NCBI GenBank assembly: GCA_965116025.1
Contig: OZ220480.1
Span: 864,001-928,000, forward strand
From: an uncultured candidatus Porisulfidus sp.
Lineage (GTDB): Bacteria; Pseudomonadota; Gammaproteobacteria; Poriferisulfidales; Poriferisulfidaceae
Length of the DNA stretch: 64,000 nt
Direction of reading: 5' to 3'
Shown: one piece after another, positions 31,162-42,046 of the stretch
How the letters are laid out: each line of letters opens with the position of its first letter
How positions within the stretch are numbered: the stretch's first letter is position 1
Notes under the pieces: model-generated
What the model was told of the DNA's origin: nothing
The model's input: only the letters and a program-made list of their open reading frames with translations
The model's database searches: none
Translations under genes and position numbers: made by a program

Positions 31162-31950
31162 ATGGGCGAGCCAGACGACCGCGTGACGCTCGACGCCTTG
31201 CGCCAGATCGCCCGGAAAGGAAAGCGCCGGCTCGCGGGCCTGACGGCCTACGACGCGACGTTCGCGCGCGTTCTGGACTCGTGCGGGGTGGATTTCGTTC
31301 TCGTCGGCGACTCTCTTGGCATGGTCGTCCAGGGCCACGGCTCCACCCGGCCGGTGACGATGGACGACATGGTCTATCACACGCGGTGCGTCGCCCGCGG
31401 GACGCGGCGCGCCTTGCTGATCAGCGATTTGCCGTACAGGAGCTACGAAGATCCGTCCATGGCCCTGGCCAACGCCACGCGGCTCATTCGGGAAGGCGGC
31501 GCGCGGGTGGTCAAGCTCGAGGCGTCACGGGAGCAGGTCGAGATCGTTCGCGCCCTCTCCGGGCAAGGCCTTCCGGTCTGCGCGCATCTTGGTTTGCGCC
31601 CGCAGAGTCTGACCCGGCTGACCGGCATCCAGAAGCGCGGGCGCGCCTCCGGCGAGGCCGCCGAGCTGCGAGAGGCGGCGCTGTCGCTGGAGCGAGCGGG
31701 GGCGGATTTGCTGTTGCTGGAGTGCGTGGTCGACGATCTGGCCAAGGAGATCGCCTCGCGGGCGAGGATTCCGGTGATTGGCATCGGTTCCGGCGCGGCG
31801 TGCGACGGGCAGATCCTGGTGTTGCACGACTTGCTGGGACTGACCGACCCGATGCCGAGACACGCGCGCGGTTTTCTAGGCTCCGGCGATGGGGTCGCGG
31901 AAGCGGTCCGGGCCTACGTGGAGGCGGCGCGCTCCGGAGCCTTCCCATGA
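31162..31950 (+). CDS. panB: 3-methyl-2-oxobutanoate hydroxymethyltransferase
   Basis: LTAYD, LVGDSLGM, AHLGLRPQ, IGIGSG..CDGQILVLHD. Confidence 0.95.
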   Translation: MGEPDDRVTLDALRQIARKGKRRLAGLTAYDATFARVLDSCGVDFVLVGDSLGMVVQGHGSTRPVTMDDMVYHTRCVARGTRRALLISDLPYRSYEDPSMALANATRLIREGGARVVKLEASREQVEIVRALSGQGLPVCAHLGLRPQSLTRLTGIQKRGRASGEAAELREAALSLERAGADLLLLECVVDDLAKEIASRARIPVIGIGSGAACDGQILVLHDLLGLTDPMPRHARGFLGSGDGVAEAVRAYVEAARSGAFP

Positions 31951-32792
31951 TCCTGTGCCGTGCGGCGGCGGAGCTTGAGGCCGCGCTAGCTCGACGGCCC
32001 GGAGAGCGGACGCTGGTTCCGACCATGGGCGGCCTGCACGCCGGGCACCTGAGCCTGATCGCGCGCGCGCGCCGTCGTTCAGGCGTCGCGCTGGTCACGA
32101 TTTTCGTGAACCGCTATCAGTTCGACGACCCGGAGGATTTCTCGCGCTACCCGCGTGAGGAGGAGGTGGACTTTGATCTGCTACGCCAGGCCGGGGTGGA
32201 TATCGCGTATGTCCCGGACGAGCGGGCGGTATGGGGAGATCAGGCGCCACGGCTGGAAGATTTCGAGATGTCGGGGCTGACGGACGCGTTGGAAGGGCGG
32301 TATCGCCCGGGCCACCTGACCGCGGTCGCGGCGGTGGTTGATCGGCTGTTCGACCAGACGGGGCCGACGGCCGCGGTGTTCGGCGAGAAAGACTACCAGC
32401 AACTGGTTTTGGTGCGGCGCCTGGCGGAGCGCCGCGAGCCGCCAGTGCGCGTCGTGGCCGCTCCGGTCGTTCGCGAACCGGACGGACTGGCGATGAGCTC
32501 CAGAAATCGAAGACTGGATCCCCAGTCGCGCGAACGAGCCGCCGGACTGTACCAATCCCTGATGACGGCGGCTGAATCCGTCCGGAATGGGCTCGATTTA
32601 GATCTGGCGCGAAAGCGGGCGTTCCAAGACTTGATCCGGGCCGAATTCGAGCCGGACTACGTCGAGGCGCGCGCGGCTGATTCTTTTCGCCCGCCCGCCG
32701 CGGGCGATCAGAATCTCGTCATGCTGGGAGCGGCGCGATTGGCGGGCGTCCGTCTGCTGGACGCCGTTCGGTTTGGGTTGGAAACGCCTTGA
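31947..32792 (+). CDS. panC: Pantothenate synthetase
   Basis: VPTMGGLHAGHLSL, FGEKDYQQ, REPDGLAMSSRN; ATGA overlap with panB. Confidence 0.95.
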   Translation: MILCRAAAELEAALARRPGERTLVPTMGGLHAGHLSLIARARRRSGVALVTIFVNRYQFDDPEDFSRYPREEEVDFDLLRQAGVDIAYVPDERAVWGDQAPRLEDFEMSGLTDALEGRYRPGHLTAVAAVVDRLFDQTGPTAAVFGEKDYQQLVLVRRLAERREPPVRVVAAPVVREPDGLAMSSRNRRLDPQSRERAAGLYQSLMTAAESVRNGLDLDLARKRAFQDLIRAEFEPDYVEARAADSFRPPAAGDQNLVMLGAARLAGVRLLDAVRFGLETP

Positions 32793-32998
32793 ATCCGCCT
32801 GCGTCCATTCTACGATAGTCCGCGCTTCAATATTATGGTGCGCAATGGCTCCAAGGGGAAACGTCGTCTCGATTTTTGAGGGGATGGGAGGGGAGATTCC
32901 GGCGGACGCCGGTTTCGCCATCAAGGTTTCGGCGGCGATGTTGTACAATTCTCCGCCGCGTATTTAACTCATCGTCTTATCGTAATGAGGTGACTCAG

Positions 32999-35900
32999 AT
33001 GAAAGCTAGTCCTTCCGTTTCCAATGCCGCTCACGCCTCGTCGCGCGGGGCTTCGTCGTCCTCCCGCATAGGGGGGGGGGGGGGGGGGGGGGGCATAGCC
33101 TCCGTTTCCTGACCGTTCTGGCCGGTTTCACGGCCTTTCTCTCGATACCGCTAATTCCAAGCTCCGCCGTGGCGGGGACCACGGGGAATTGCGGCGACCC
33201 CAGCGCCAACGCGGTCACCTGTAGCGAAGCGAGCTACACCAACGACGACGGCTCCCCGATCAAGTACGAGAATCAGAACAAGGGTCTGACCTTGACCGTG
33301 AAGCCTACCGGGGTGGGCACGGTCACCATCACCGCCTCGAAGCTTCCTGCCAACGCGCGCGAGGAATTCCCGGGGATCCACCTGGACGGACACGGAACCC
33401 TGAAAGTCGTTCTGGATGGTTCCGTGAAAGTCGTGAACGGGGCGACCCGTACGACGGTGGAGGCCACGTTTGGGGATGGGAAGGAGACGTTCATCCACCC
33501 GGATCACAAGCGCGGCTCGCAAAACGACGGGGTGTACGTGGCGTACGACAAGGACTCCGACCGGGGGACGACGGAGGGCATGGTGGAGGTGATGGTGGGG
33601 AAGGACGCGATGATCGGGAGCGCGACGGCGCCGGCGGGACGGTTTGGGGTTCACGCGGCTTTTCTGGATGCGGACAACAACAGAAACTACCCGGCCGGGA
33701 AGATCAAGGTGACGAACGCGGGGGAGATATACGGCCATTACACGGGGATTTACGCGAAGCACGACGGGGCGGGCGCCATCGAGATCGAGACGTTGGAGGG
33801 GAGCGTGACGTCGATGGGTATCCGGGCGATCTCGAACGAGGCCAACAGGAACAAGCGAGGCGGAGACGTCACCATTCGCCACCATGGCCGGATCGTGTTC
33901 AAGGATCCGGTTCGGTATTTGGACTCCCTGAAAACGAACGCGCTGACGACGACCACGCCGTTGGAGGCGGACAAGGTGGACTATGCCGATAGGCACAGAG
34001 GCGGGATCTACGTGGAGCACAACGACAAGCGGAAGGGCACGGCCGCGAAACCCAGCAGCTCGATCTCGATCGAATCGAGCGGGGATATTGGGGCCCGCGA
34101 GTTTGGCGCCTACGTCATCACGTATGGGGCCTCCGGTTCCGTCGTGCCGATCACGGTCGACGTGACGGGGGGCGTCATCATGGCGGGCGGGCGGAATACG
34201 GAGAGTTTGGGAGACGGAATTTACGTTTATTCCTTTGGCCACAACGGCGGGCTCATCAAGGTGGATCTCGCGGGCGAGATCGCCTCGACGGGGACCGAGG
34301 GGGACGGGATCTACGTTTTACGGGCCACGTACGACGACAGCCAGCGTGGTGACATCAACCGGGACATCGAGGTGACGCTGAAATCCGGGGCGCGGATCGG
34401 CATGGAAGGAGACGAGCCGACCGTGGGTCGGCATGGCATGTATGTCATCCAGCAAATCCACGAGGGGACGATCCGGGTGGCCGTGGAGTCCGGGGCGCGG
34501 ATCGGGACCGCCGGGGCTCCAGTCGGCGGGCATGGCGTGTTCGCCGAGACCATAGCCTCGGACAACGAGATCCCCGTCATGATCACCAACGAGGGTCTGA
34601 TCCACGCGAAAGGCTCTGGGGTCTTCGCGTTGCATACCAGTTGGGGCGAGGTGGACGTGAAACATTTGGCGGGGAAGATCATTGCGGGCGACCTGTCCGA
34701 CGTCTTCTCCTCCTCCTCGCTCTCGGCGGATCACCAGACGAAACTGGCGGACCTGAAGGATCGGACCGCCGGCATTCTCGCCATCCATGGGGGCGCGGAG
34801 TCCCAGACGCTTCCCGGCAAGGAGTTTAATGAGGAGGACCCCGAGACCTACACCGCCGAGATCGGGGAGATCAAGATCATGTCGAAGGCGGACATCACGT
34901 CGAAGGGCGACGGGATTCTGGCCTACGTGAAAGACCTGGACAATACGGATGATGTAGATCCTCTGAAGATGATCATCCCGGTCAAGATAGACGTTTCGGG
35001 CGGGACGATCATGGCGGACGGGCATGGGGTCTACGCGGAGACGGCCACTCCCTATGACGATCCTGCGAAAGCCGGGAAGATAGAGGTCACGGTGGGGGAG
35101 ATGGCGACGATCCGAGCCAAAAAGGACGGGGTGCATGTCAAGGGCATGCGGACGTTCGCGTCCGACCACGCCCGGACGGGGCAATACGACCAGACGGTCA
35201 CGATCAACGGCAAGGTGATGGGCGGCGGTGGAGACCACGCCGGCGTTCGGATGGTGAAGGGCGGGACGCTGGTGATCGGGAGCGGCGGGCCGGAGGCGCG
35301 GCTCGGGGCGACCTCGGGCGTGGCGGTCCACGCGGACGGGGCTCTGACCATCACGATGAGCAAGACCGCCGACGGGCGCATCGGCTGGGTCGTGGGGAAG
35401 ATCCAGAATGGCGACAGCGCCGACACGACCTTCGCGGGCGTGGAAGTGGGGAAGACGTACCTGCTTCAGGATCGGGAGGAGACGAAGGGGATTTTCGACA
35501 CGACGATCGAGCGGAAGGTGACCTTGAGGGAACGCGCGGACGAGGACTATCACGAGTTCGAGCTGGTCTCTCAGGAGGAGATCGTTCGGGAGTACCATGA
35601 TCGGGCTCGGGTGTACGAGGCGCTGCCGTCGGTGCTGCTGGAGATGAGCGCGCCGGGCGGTCGTCAGGCGCGGTTGTCGGCGACGCGGGACGGCGGTGGC
35701 GCGTGGGCGCGGGCGCTGGCGAGCGACGGCGAGCGTGAGGCGGAGACGTCGACGACGGCGATGGACACGGCCGGGCATGATCTGTCCTGGGACTTCGAGC
35801 GCTGGGGCGTGGAGACGGGCTTCGCCGTTTCCACGGACCTGCCGGGCGTGACGCTGGGGGTGAGCGCGCACTACCGTGATGGCGAGGCGGACGTCGAGCG

Positions 35901-36498
35901 CGGCGGGAAGATCGAGGTCTCGGGCGTGGGCGTCGGGGTATCGGCGACTTGGTGGGGTGAGGATGGCTGGTACGCGGACGGGGAGTTCTTGTACACGCGT
36001 TTCGAGGACATTGACCTGAGCTCGGAGACTCGGGGGATGGTGGCGTCCGGTCTGGACGGAGAGGGTCACGCGATCGGCGTGGAGGTCGGCAGGCGGCTGG
36101 AGATGGACGGCTTCGCGCTGGTTCCGCGCGGAGGGTTGACGTGGACTTGGGTGGACGTCGACGGCTTCGCCGACGTGTCGGGCGTTTCTGGAAGCGGTCG
36201 GGTATCGTTCCGCTCGGAGGACAGCGTGCGGGCGCGGGTTGGAGCGCTGCTGGAGAATGGCCAGACGTACGCGTCTCTGGACGTGGAGCGTGAGTTCTCG
36301 GAGAGCCGGGAGGCGATGGCGTCGGGAGCGCGGTTGCGCTCGGAGGCGGAGTCGACTTGGGCGCGCTTAGGCGTTGGAGGCGTGATGACGCTGGACGCGC
36401 GGGGGGAGTCGACGCTCTCGGCGGACGCGCGCTACGCGGCGTCGGATGGCGACAATCATGACTATGGCGCGAGCGTCCTGCTGAAGGTTCGCTTCTGA
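32999..36498 (+). CDS. Autotransporter AT1, out of frame at G23 tract (putative phase-variable, OFF as assembled)
   Basis: ATG 32999 with GAGG SD; post-tract frame gives hydrophobic signal ending AVA; beta-helix-like passenger; C-terminal beta-barrel ending VRF. Confidence 0.88.
33071..33093 (+). repeat. Poly-G tract (23 G)
   Basis: Counted directly; context CATA-G23-CATAGCC. Confidence 0.95.
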
Positions 36499-36510
36499 CC
36501 GACTTGTGAT

Positions 36511-36541
36511 CGCGGCCCCGGCGTTTCAAGCCGGGGCCGCG
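36511..36541 (+). terminator. GC-rich hairpin after AT1 (related hairpins follow AT2 and AT3)
   Basis: Perfect 12-bp stem CGCGGCCCCGGC/GCCGGGGCCGCG; no T tail. Confidence 0.55.
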
Positions 36542-36676
36542 TCAACCGCGCGCTTCGAAAGCCTTGGCGAGGCGCCAAGCCGCGGGCTCGCATTGCTGCC
36601 CGCTACTTTCGTTCCGGTGTTGGGCCGCCGCTCTCCTCAAGTCAGCGGGAAGGCAGCAACTGGAAAGCTGCCGGAA

Positions 36677-36892
36677 GCCATCGTGGGTTTGTAGTCGTTG
36701 TTGAAGTATTCACTCGCGGTTATGCGAAGCGAAGGGAAAATCGCCTCGCGACGCGGAGCGTCCGGCCCCAGAGGAGAAATTTCCGGAATTTCTCCAGGCG
36801 CGTGCGCAATTTGTGAAACAGCATAGCCGGAAGTTAATTTTATGCATCGTGATTCAAATAGTTGCGAATACTTCAGCAGTGACCGCGATGGC
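36677..36892 (+). ncRNA. Candidate structured RNA or palindromic element of unknown family
   Basis: Nested helices 36677-85/36884-92, 36694-711/36866-83, 36717-25/36821-29 and 36773-81/36787-95; non-Watson-Crick positions are G-U on the + strand. Confidence 0.5.
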
Positions 36893-36946
36893 GCCATGTT
36901 TTGGCAGGTCGGGCCTGGTGGCTCCCGATGGCTGGCTGGCGCGGCA

Positions 36947-38161
36947 TCAGCCAGCGACTCGAAATGCCGTTTCATATATCTTGATATCGGGCGCGCTCAT
37001 GCCGAGGCGGCGCGCCTCTACACGCCAGTTCGCGAGCGCGGCTTCCTGCCGCGCGATCATGTCGTTCGCCTGTTTGGGGTTCAGCCCGAAGCGAGGCGCG
37101 GCGGCTCGGGCGAGGTCAAGGCTCGCGTCCGGTCCTTCTTCCGAGATCCACGTGCTCAGCTCGCGCGCCTTCTCGAACGCTGGAACCGGGTTCAAGTCGT
37201 AGGCTGGGGCGAGGCGCCACCACTCGCCCTCGGCATGGAGAAAGCCATGATTGCGCAGGTGGTCGTCGAGGTTCGAGACCAGAACGTTGAAGATCGCGCG
37301 CCCGAAAATCTCGCGCAGGTCCGCGGTCGGCGCGACGGAGCGCTTGCGTATCACCTCGGCGATATCGGTGTAGGTCGCCGTCTCTCCGTCCTCGAGTCCG
37401 AGCATCGTCATCGCCGAGACGAACGGGATCCGATCATCGCCGCGGCGATCGAAACGGGACACGACGGCGACCGGTCGTCCGGCGGCCACCTCGATGCGCG
37501 CCGGCGCCGCGTTCAGTCCGGCCTGGAGAGCCAGCCGCATGGCCAGCACCTCGCCGTGAGGGACGGATCGCTCGTCGTCGGGTTTCGGGAATTTCGCGAT
37601 GGCGAGCGAGCCGTCCTCGTCGCGCACGGCTGACTTCGGACGCGCCCCCCCGAGAGGCGATCCTTCATGCAGCAGAAGACGCAGGTCATCCGCGGACTCG
37701 GCGTTCTGGTGGATGGCGTCCGCCGCGCGACGTAGCGCGGGCAGTTGAATGATCGGGGGAACCCGGTGGCGCTGTCGCCCTGGCCCGAAGCCATCGTCGC
37801 CGGGACGCTCGCAGCGCAGCGCGCCAATCCGTGTCGAGTCGTCAAGGCCGAGCAGGTAGTCGATCTCGGAAAGAGAGCGGCGCTCGCCCGTCTTGCGAAA
37901 CGCGCGTTGGATCAATCGCCGCCCCCAGCGATCTGGAGCCGTGTCACGAATCGCGCCCGGCAGGGCGGATCGCCGGGCGAAGGGCCCGGCCCGCAAAGGC
38001 AGATTCTCGGGGTCGATGGCGAACGCTTCAGGGTCGCGAAGCCAGTCTTCGTCGTATTCGAAAACGCTCGTCGAGCCGCGCGCCTTGGATATATGGCGAC
38101 ACAAGCCGACCCGGCGCGTCGTTCCCCCGACTTCCATATGGATTTCCACGGTCTGGGTCAC
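36947..38161 (-). CDS. hipA: HipA-family serine/threonine kinase toxin
   Basis: DTAPDRWGR, GSPLGGARPK, IAKFP, NLDDHLRNHGF, LAPAYDLNP. Confidence 0.92.
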   Translation of the reverse strand: MTQTVEIHMEVGGTTRRVGLCRHISKARGSTSVFEYDEDWLRDPEAFAIDPENLPLRAGPFARRSALPGAIRDTAPDRWGRRLIQRAFRKTGERRSLSEIDYLLGLDDSTRIGALRCERPGDDGFGPGRQRHRVPPIIQLPALRRAADAIHQNAESADDLRLLLHEGSPLGGARPKSAVRDEDGSLAIAKFPKPDDERSVPHGEVLAMRLALQAGLNAAPARIEVAAGRPVAVVSRFDRRGDDRIPFVSAMTMLGLEDGETATYTDIAEVIRKRSVAPTADLREIFGRAIFNVLVSNLDDHLRNHGFLHAEGEWWRLAPAYDLNPVPAFEKARELSTWISEEGPDASLDLARAAAPRFGLNPKQANDMIARQEAALANWRVEARRLGMSAPDIKIYETAFRVAG

Positions 38162-38490
38162 GGCGACCTCTCACGGCGCCGACGGTGGATCGCGCGCGGC
38201 AAAGCCTCCTCCTCAAGGTCGAGGCCCAGCGCGTCGTCCCGGCGGTCCGCGACGTCTCCCAGCCTGTCGACGAGTCCCAGGATGGCGAGCGCGGTCGCAT
38301 AGGTTCCGATGGAGACGGCCGGGTCGCCACGCTCCATCCTATAGAGCGTGTTGCGACTGATGAAGGCCCGTTCCGCCATGGAAATCGTGGAGAGTCGTCG
38401 CTTCTTGCGCGCGACCGCGATATCCGCGCCAAGCTTAGCGAGGGCCGCGCGCGCCGCGCGCGGGAGGGCATCTCTGGATTTTGATCGCAT
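38158..38490 (-). CDS. HipB-like XRE HTH antitoxin
   Basis: LGADIAVARKKR, MAERAFISRNTLYRMERGDPAVS; 4-nt overlap with hipA. Confidence 0.88.
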   Translation of the reverse strand: MRSKSRDALPRAARAALAKLGADIAVARKKRRLSTISMAERAFISRNTLYRMERGDPAVSIGTYATALAILGLVDRLGDVADRRDDALGLDLEEEALPRAIHRRRRERSP

Positions 38491-38499
38491 TTTGAATTA

Positions 38500-38533
38500 T
38501 GTATCATACAAAAAATAGAATAATGCTCATTAT
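38500..38533 (-). promoter_or_regulatory. AT-rich promoter with two palindromes (candidate antitoxin operators)
   Basis: TGTAT-C-ATACA (38500-38510) and ATAATG-CT-CATTAT (38520-38533) upstream of the HTH gene. Confidence 0.5.
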
Positions 38534-38708
38534 ATAGCGCTTATCGTTGGATCCGAAGCCGTCTCCCGCGCCAAAGCGAGCCATGAGGTCTCGCTTTTTC
38601 CGGTCGGTTTCGGCATCGCGTCAAGCGGCTCGCGTCCGTCAGATTCCCGCTACGCCAAAATTGGCCAGAGCCTTGTCGCGATGTCTTCATTTGCTAAAAT
38701 CCAGCGCC

Positions 38709-39089
38709 ATGAAGCTGACGTTTCTCCGCGCCCGCCTGCATCGAGCCGAGGTGACTCGCGTCGAGCCGGACTACGACGGTTCGTGCGCGATCGATGGCGA
38801 GCTTCTTGAGACCGCCGGAATCGGCGAGTATGAGCGGATCGATCTCTACAACATCAGCAATGGGGAGCGTCTCACCACCTACGCCATCCAAGCCGACCGC
38901 GGCAGCCGCGTCATTTCGGTGAACGGCGCGGCGGCGCGCAAGGCGGCGCCGGGGGACCGGATCATCATCGCCGCCTACGCGCAACTGGAGCCGGAGGAGG
39001 TCGCTGGCTTCAAGCCGGTCCTGGTGTACTTGGGCGAGGGCAACCGCGTCGAGCGCGTCGCCCACAAGATTCCGGTTCAGGCCGCTTGA
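38709..39089 (+). CDS. panD: Aspartate 1-decarboxylase
   Basis: LHRAEVT, YDGSCAID (G-S self-cleavage site), NGERLTTYAI, NGAAAR. Confidence 0.95.
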   Translation: MKLTFLRARLHRAEVTRVEPDYDGSCAIDGELLETAGIGEYERIDLYNISNGERLTTYAIQADRGSRVISVNGAAARKAAPGDRIIIAAYAQLEPEEVAGFKPVLVYLGEGNRVERVAHKIPVQAA

Positions 39090-39090
39090 T

Positions 39091-41886
39091 TCAGCCCGTG
39101 TTTCGCATTCCCGCCGCGATCGCGCTGATCGACCGCGCGACGGCGCTCTGGTAGGGACTCGGATCGTCAGTCTCGCGCATGCGGCGCAGCAGACTGAGCT
39201 GAATCGCGTTGAGGGGATCCAGGTAGGGCTTGCGGCGGTTTAGCGAGCGGCGCAGCAGTTCCTGCGTTTCCAGAAGTCGCTCGCAGCCCGCCACTTCCAG
39301 CGCGAGCTTGCGGGTGAGATCGTATTCCCGCTTGATTCGCTCATAGATCCGCTCGGCGTCGTCCGGTCGCGAGCTCAGTCGCATGTACTCCCGGGCGATC
39401 GGCATGTCGGCCTTGGCGAGCGCCATCTGGATGTTCTGCATCAGGGTCCGGAAGAAAGGCCACCGCCGGTACATGAGGCGAATCTGGTCGAGCCCGGTGC
39501 GCGGGTGCGCCTTCAGATAGGATTCGAGAGCGGCGCCGATGCCGTACCACGCTGGTAGCGTGTGCCGAGACAAGGACCAGCCGAACACCCAGGGGATGGC
39601 GCGGATGGAATCCATGGAGCGGTCCACCGCGCGGCGGTGCGAGGGTCGGGAGCCGATGTTGATGTTGCCGATTTCCCGCACTGGGGTGACCTCGTAGAAG
39701 TAGTCCAGGAAGCCTGGCGATTCGAGCAACTCCCGGTAGGCGCGCTCGCCGTCCGCGGCGAGTCTCTCCATGATCCTGAGGTCGTCGGCGTATTCGTGGG
39801 CCAGCTTGTGGAACAGAAGGTGGCGGGAGGCCAGGATCAGGCCGGTCGCGCCCATGGTCAGCTCGTACACGGCCGTCTCGAGATTGGAGTATTTGTGCGA
39901 CAGCACCTCGCCCTGCTCCGTCAGCTTGATGGCGCCGCGGACCGTGCCGGGTGGCTGCGCCGTGATGGCCTCGTAGGTCGGTCCGCCGCCGCGCCCGATC
40001 GTTCCACCACGACCATGGAACAGGCGGAACCGCACGCCGTGACGCTCGGAAACTTCCTGAATCCGCTTTTGCGCTTGATAAAGGTTCCATGCCGAGGCGA
40101 GGATGCCCCCGTCCTTGCAGGAGTCGGAATAGCCCAGCATGACGTCTTGCGCGCCGCCCGACGCGTCGAGAAACGGGCGGTACACCGGATCCCGAAACAA
40201 CTGGTCCAGAATCTCCGGCACCTTGCGCAGATCCTCGATCGTCTCGAACAGAGGACAGATCTGCAAGAGACAGAAGCGTTTCCGCCCGTGGCCTCCGGCG
40301 AGACCGGCCATCCCCCCGAGAAACAGCGCCTCCAGGACGTGACTGGGCTCGTGGGTCATGGAGATGATGTACTGCCCGAATATCCGCGGGCTGGTTCGCT
40401 CCGGCGCTTCGCGCATGAGGGCGAACACGGCCAGGGTCTCGCGCGTGGCGGCGGACAGTTTCTCGCGCTCCATCTCGACCGGGCCGTCCATTTCCCTGAC
40501 GCGCCGCCGCAGGACCTGGACCCGCCCGGCCTCGTTCAGGGCGATGTAGTCGGTTCCATCCATGGCTCGCAGGATCTCGGCGACCGCCGCCGTGTGCCGG
40601 GGAGATTCCTGCCGAAGGTCGAGCCGCGCCAGGTAGAAGCCGAAAGTTTCCGCCAGTCGGATGAGGTCGGCCAGCTCGCCCTCGGCGACGCGTCGGTCGC
40701 CCTGCTCGATCAGCGCGTCGCGAATCAGCCGCAGGTCGTCGAGAAATTGGTCCTCGTCACGATAGCTGTCCGAGCTGTGCCAGGCGCGACCTTCCAGATG
40801 GTCGAGCCTGCGCCGTAGCCGGTACAGGATGATCTCCAGCTTGCAACGGTAGGGCTCGGTCTCGAACAGCGAGTGGGCTCGGGTGCGTATCCGGTCCAGC
40901 ACCTTGCGGTCATCCTCCAGGCTGGCGCGGAGGCGCTCGGGCAGATCGATCAGGTGGGAGGAGTGGCTGAGCATGCTTTCCAGCTCGCCCGTTCGGCGGA
41001 TGTACTCGCGGAGGATGGCGCGCGCCTGCATCCGGCATGCCTCGCGGGTGACGCGCGCGGTGACGTGCGGGTTCCCGTCACGGTCGCCGCCGATCCAGGA
41101 ACCGAACCGGATGAAGCTCGGAAGGGTCTCCTGCGCGTCCGGGTACGTCTGCCGCCAGGCGCGCTGCAGATTGCGGTACAGGACCGGAATGGCCTCGAAC
41201 AGCGATTTCTCGAAATAATGCAGGCCGTTCTTGACCTCGGTCTGCACGGTCGGCTTGCCCGGGCGGACCTCGTCGGTCTTCCACAGCAACTGGATTTCGG
41301 CCAGCAGGCGCTCGCGGGCCTCCTCGCGCTCCACTTGGCTCAGGGCGCGGTCGTCCGATGACTGCAGCAGAATGAAGACGCGCCGGAGCGCTTCTTGCAT
41401 GATGCGGCGCTTCGCCTCGGTCGGGTGGGCGGTGAAGACGGGCATGTACTCTGTCGAGAGCAACAGCTTCTGGGCCTTGGCGGCGCTGAATCCCTGCTCT
41501 TTCAGCGCGCGCAGGGTCGCCTCGAACGAGCCCGTCCACAGGGGGGTTCCGGTCTGCAGATACCGGCGGCGCCGATCCTGCAGCGCCGCCTCCTCGGCGA
41601 CGTTGACCAGACTGAAATAGGTGGAGAACGCCCGGATGACTTGGCCGGTGAGGTCTTGGTCCAGCCGGTCGATCAGGCGCGCCAGGCGCTCGCGGCGCCG
41701 CTCGTCCTCCTCGCGATGCAGGCGGATGTAGCCGCGGCGCAGGCGCTCCACGACCTGGAATACCTGAGGCGGGGCCTGCTCTTGGAGCACGAGGCCAAGC
41801 AGGCGACCCAGCAGTTTGACTCGTTGCCGTAACTTGCGGTCAATGGCGTCGCCTATCGACGGCGATTGGGAGGCCGCGTTAGGCAT
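39091..41886 (-). CDS. ppc: Phosphoenolpyruvate carboxylase (second paralogue, canonical type)
   Basis: VFTAHPTE, VMLGYSDSCKDGG, FHGRGGTIGRGGGP; C-terminus AAGMRNTG. Confidence 0.95.
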   Translation of the reverse strand: MPNAASQSPSIGDAIDRKLRQRVKLLGRLLGLVLQEQAPPQVFQVVERLRRGYIRLHREEDERRRERLARLIDRLDQDLTGQVIRAFSTYFSLVNVAEEAALQDRRRRYLQTGTPLWTGSFEATLRALKEQGFSAAKAQKLLLSTEYMPVFTAHPTEAKRRIMQEALRRVFILLQSSDDRALSQVEREEARERLLAEIQLLWKTDEVRPGKPTVQTEVKNGLHYFEKSLFEAIPVLYRNLQRAWRQTYPDAQETLPSFIRFGSWIGGDRDGNPHVTARVTREACRMQARAILREYIRRTGELESMLSHSSHLIDLPERLRASLEDDRKVLDRIRTRAHSLFETEPYRCKLEIILYRLRRRLDHLEGRAWHSSDSYRDEDQFLDDLRLIRDALIEQGDRRVAEGELADLIRLAETFGFYLARLDLRQESPRHTAAVAEILRAMDGTDYIALNEAGRVQVLRRRVREMDGPVEMEREKLSAATRETLAVFALMREAPERTSPRIFGQYIISMTHEPSHVLEALFLGGMAGLAGGHGRKRFCLLQICPLFETIEDLRKVPEILDQLFRDPVYRPFLDASGGAQDVMLGYSDSCKDGGILASAWNLYQAQKRIQEVSERHGVRFRLFHGRGGTIGRGGGPTYEAITAQPPGTVRGAIKLTEQGEVLSHKYSNLETAVYELTMGATGLILASRHLLFHKLAHEYADDLRIMERLAADGERAYRELLESPGFLDYFYEVTPVREIGNINIGSRPSHRRAVDRSMDSIRAIPWVFGWSLSRHTLPAWYGIGAALESYLKAHPRTGLDQIRLMYRRWPFFRTLMQNIQMALAKADMPIAREYMRLSSRPDDAERIYERIKREYDLTRKLALEVAGCERLLETQELLRRSLNRRKPYLDPLNAIQLSLLRRMRETDDPSPYQSAVARSISAIAAGMRNTG

Positions 41887-42046
41887 GAAAGATGTGGATG
41901 ACGGTGCGGGCGGCCATTATACAAGGCGCGCCCGGCAGTCGGGTTCCGTCGGCCCCTTTCCTGGCTCAACCGCACGCGAGCGCCGGGGCCGGGGTATTGT
42001 ACAATTCGCGGCTATCCGAGACTGATCCTCGAAGGAAGAATGAAAA

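Noticed and set aside
31092-31946. 566-aa PanC with a long N-terminal extension
   Set aside because: The extension overlaps panB in another frame; the real start is the ATG at 31947.
33006-33218. Minus-strand poly-proline ORFs (also 41966-42265 and 49861-50073)
   Set aside because: These are antisense reads of the poly-G tracts; the plus strand has the SD, ATG and signal peptide.
36600-36900. Cobalamin riboswitch or 6S RNA identity for the structured element
   Set aside because: AAGGGAA and GGGAAGG are present but in the wrong order, there is no GCCACTG partner, and no gene lies downstream in sense. The zapA/ygfA context typical of 6S RNA is absent.
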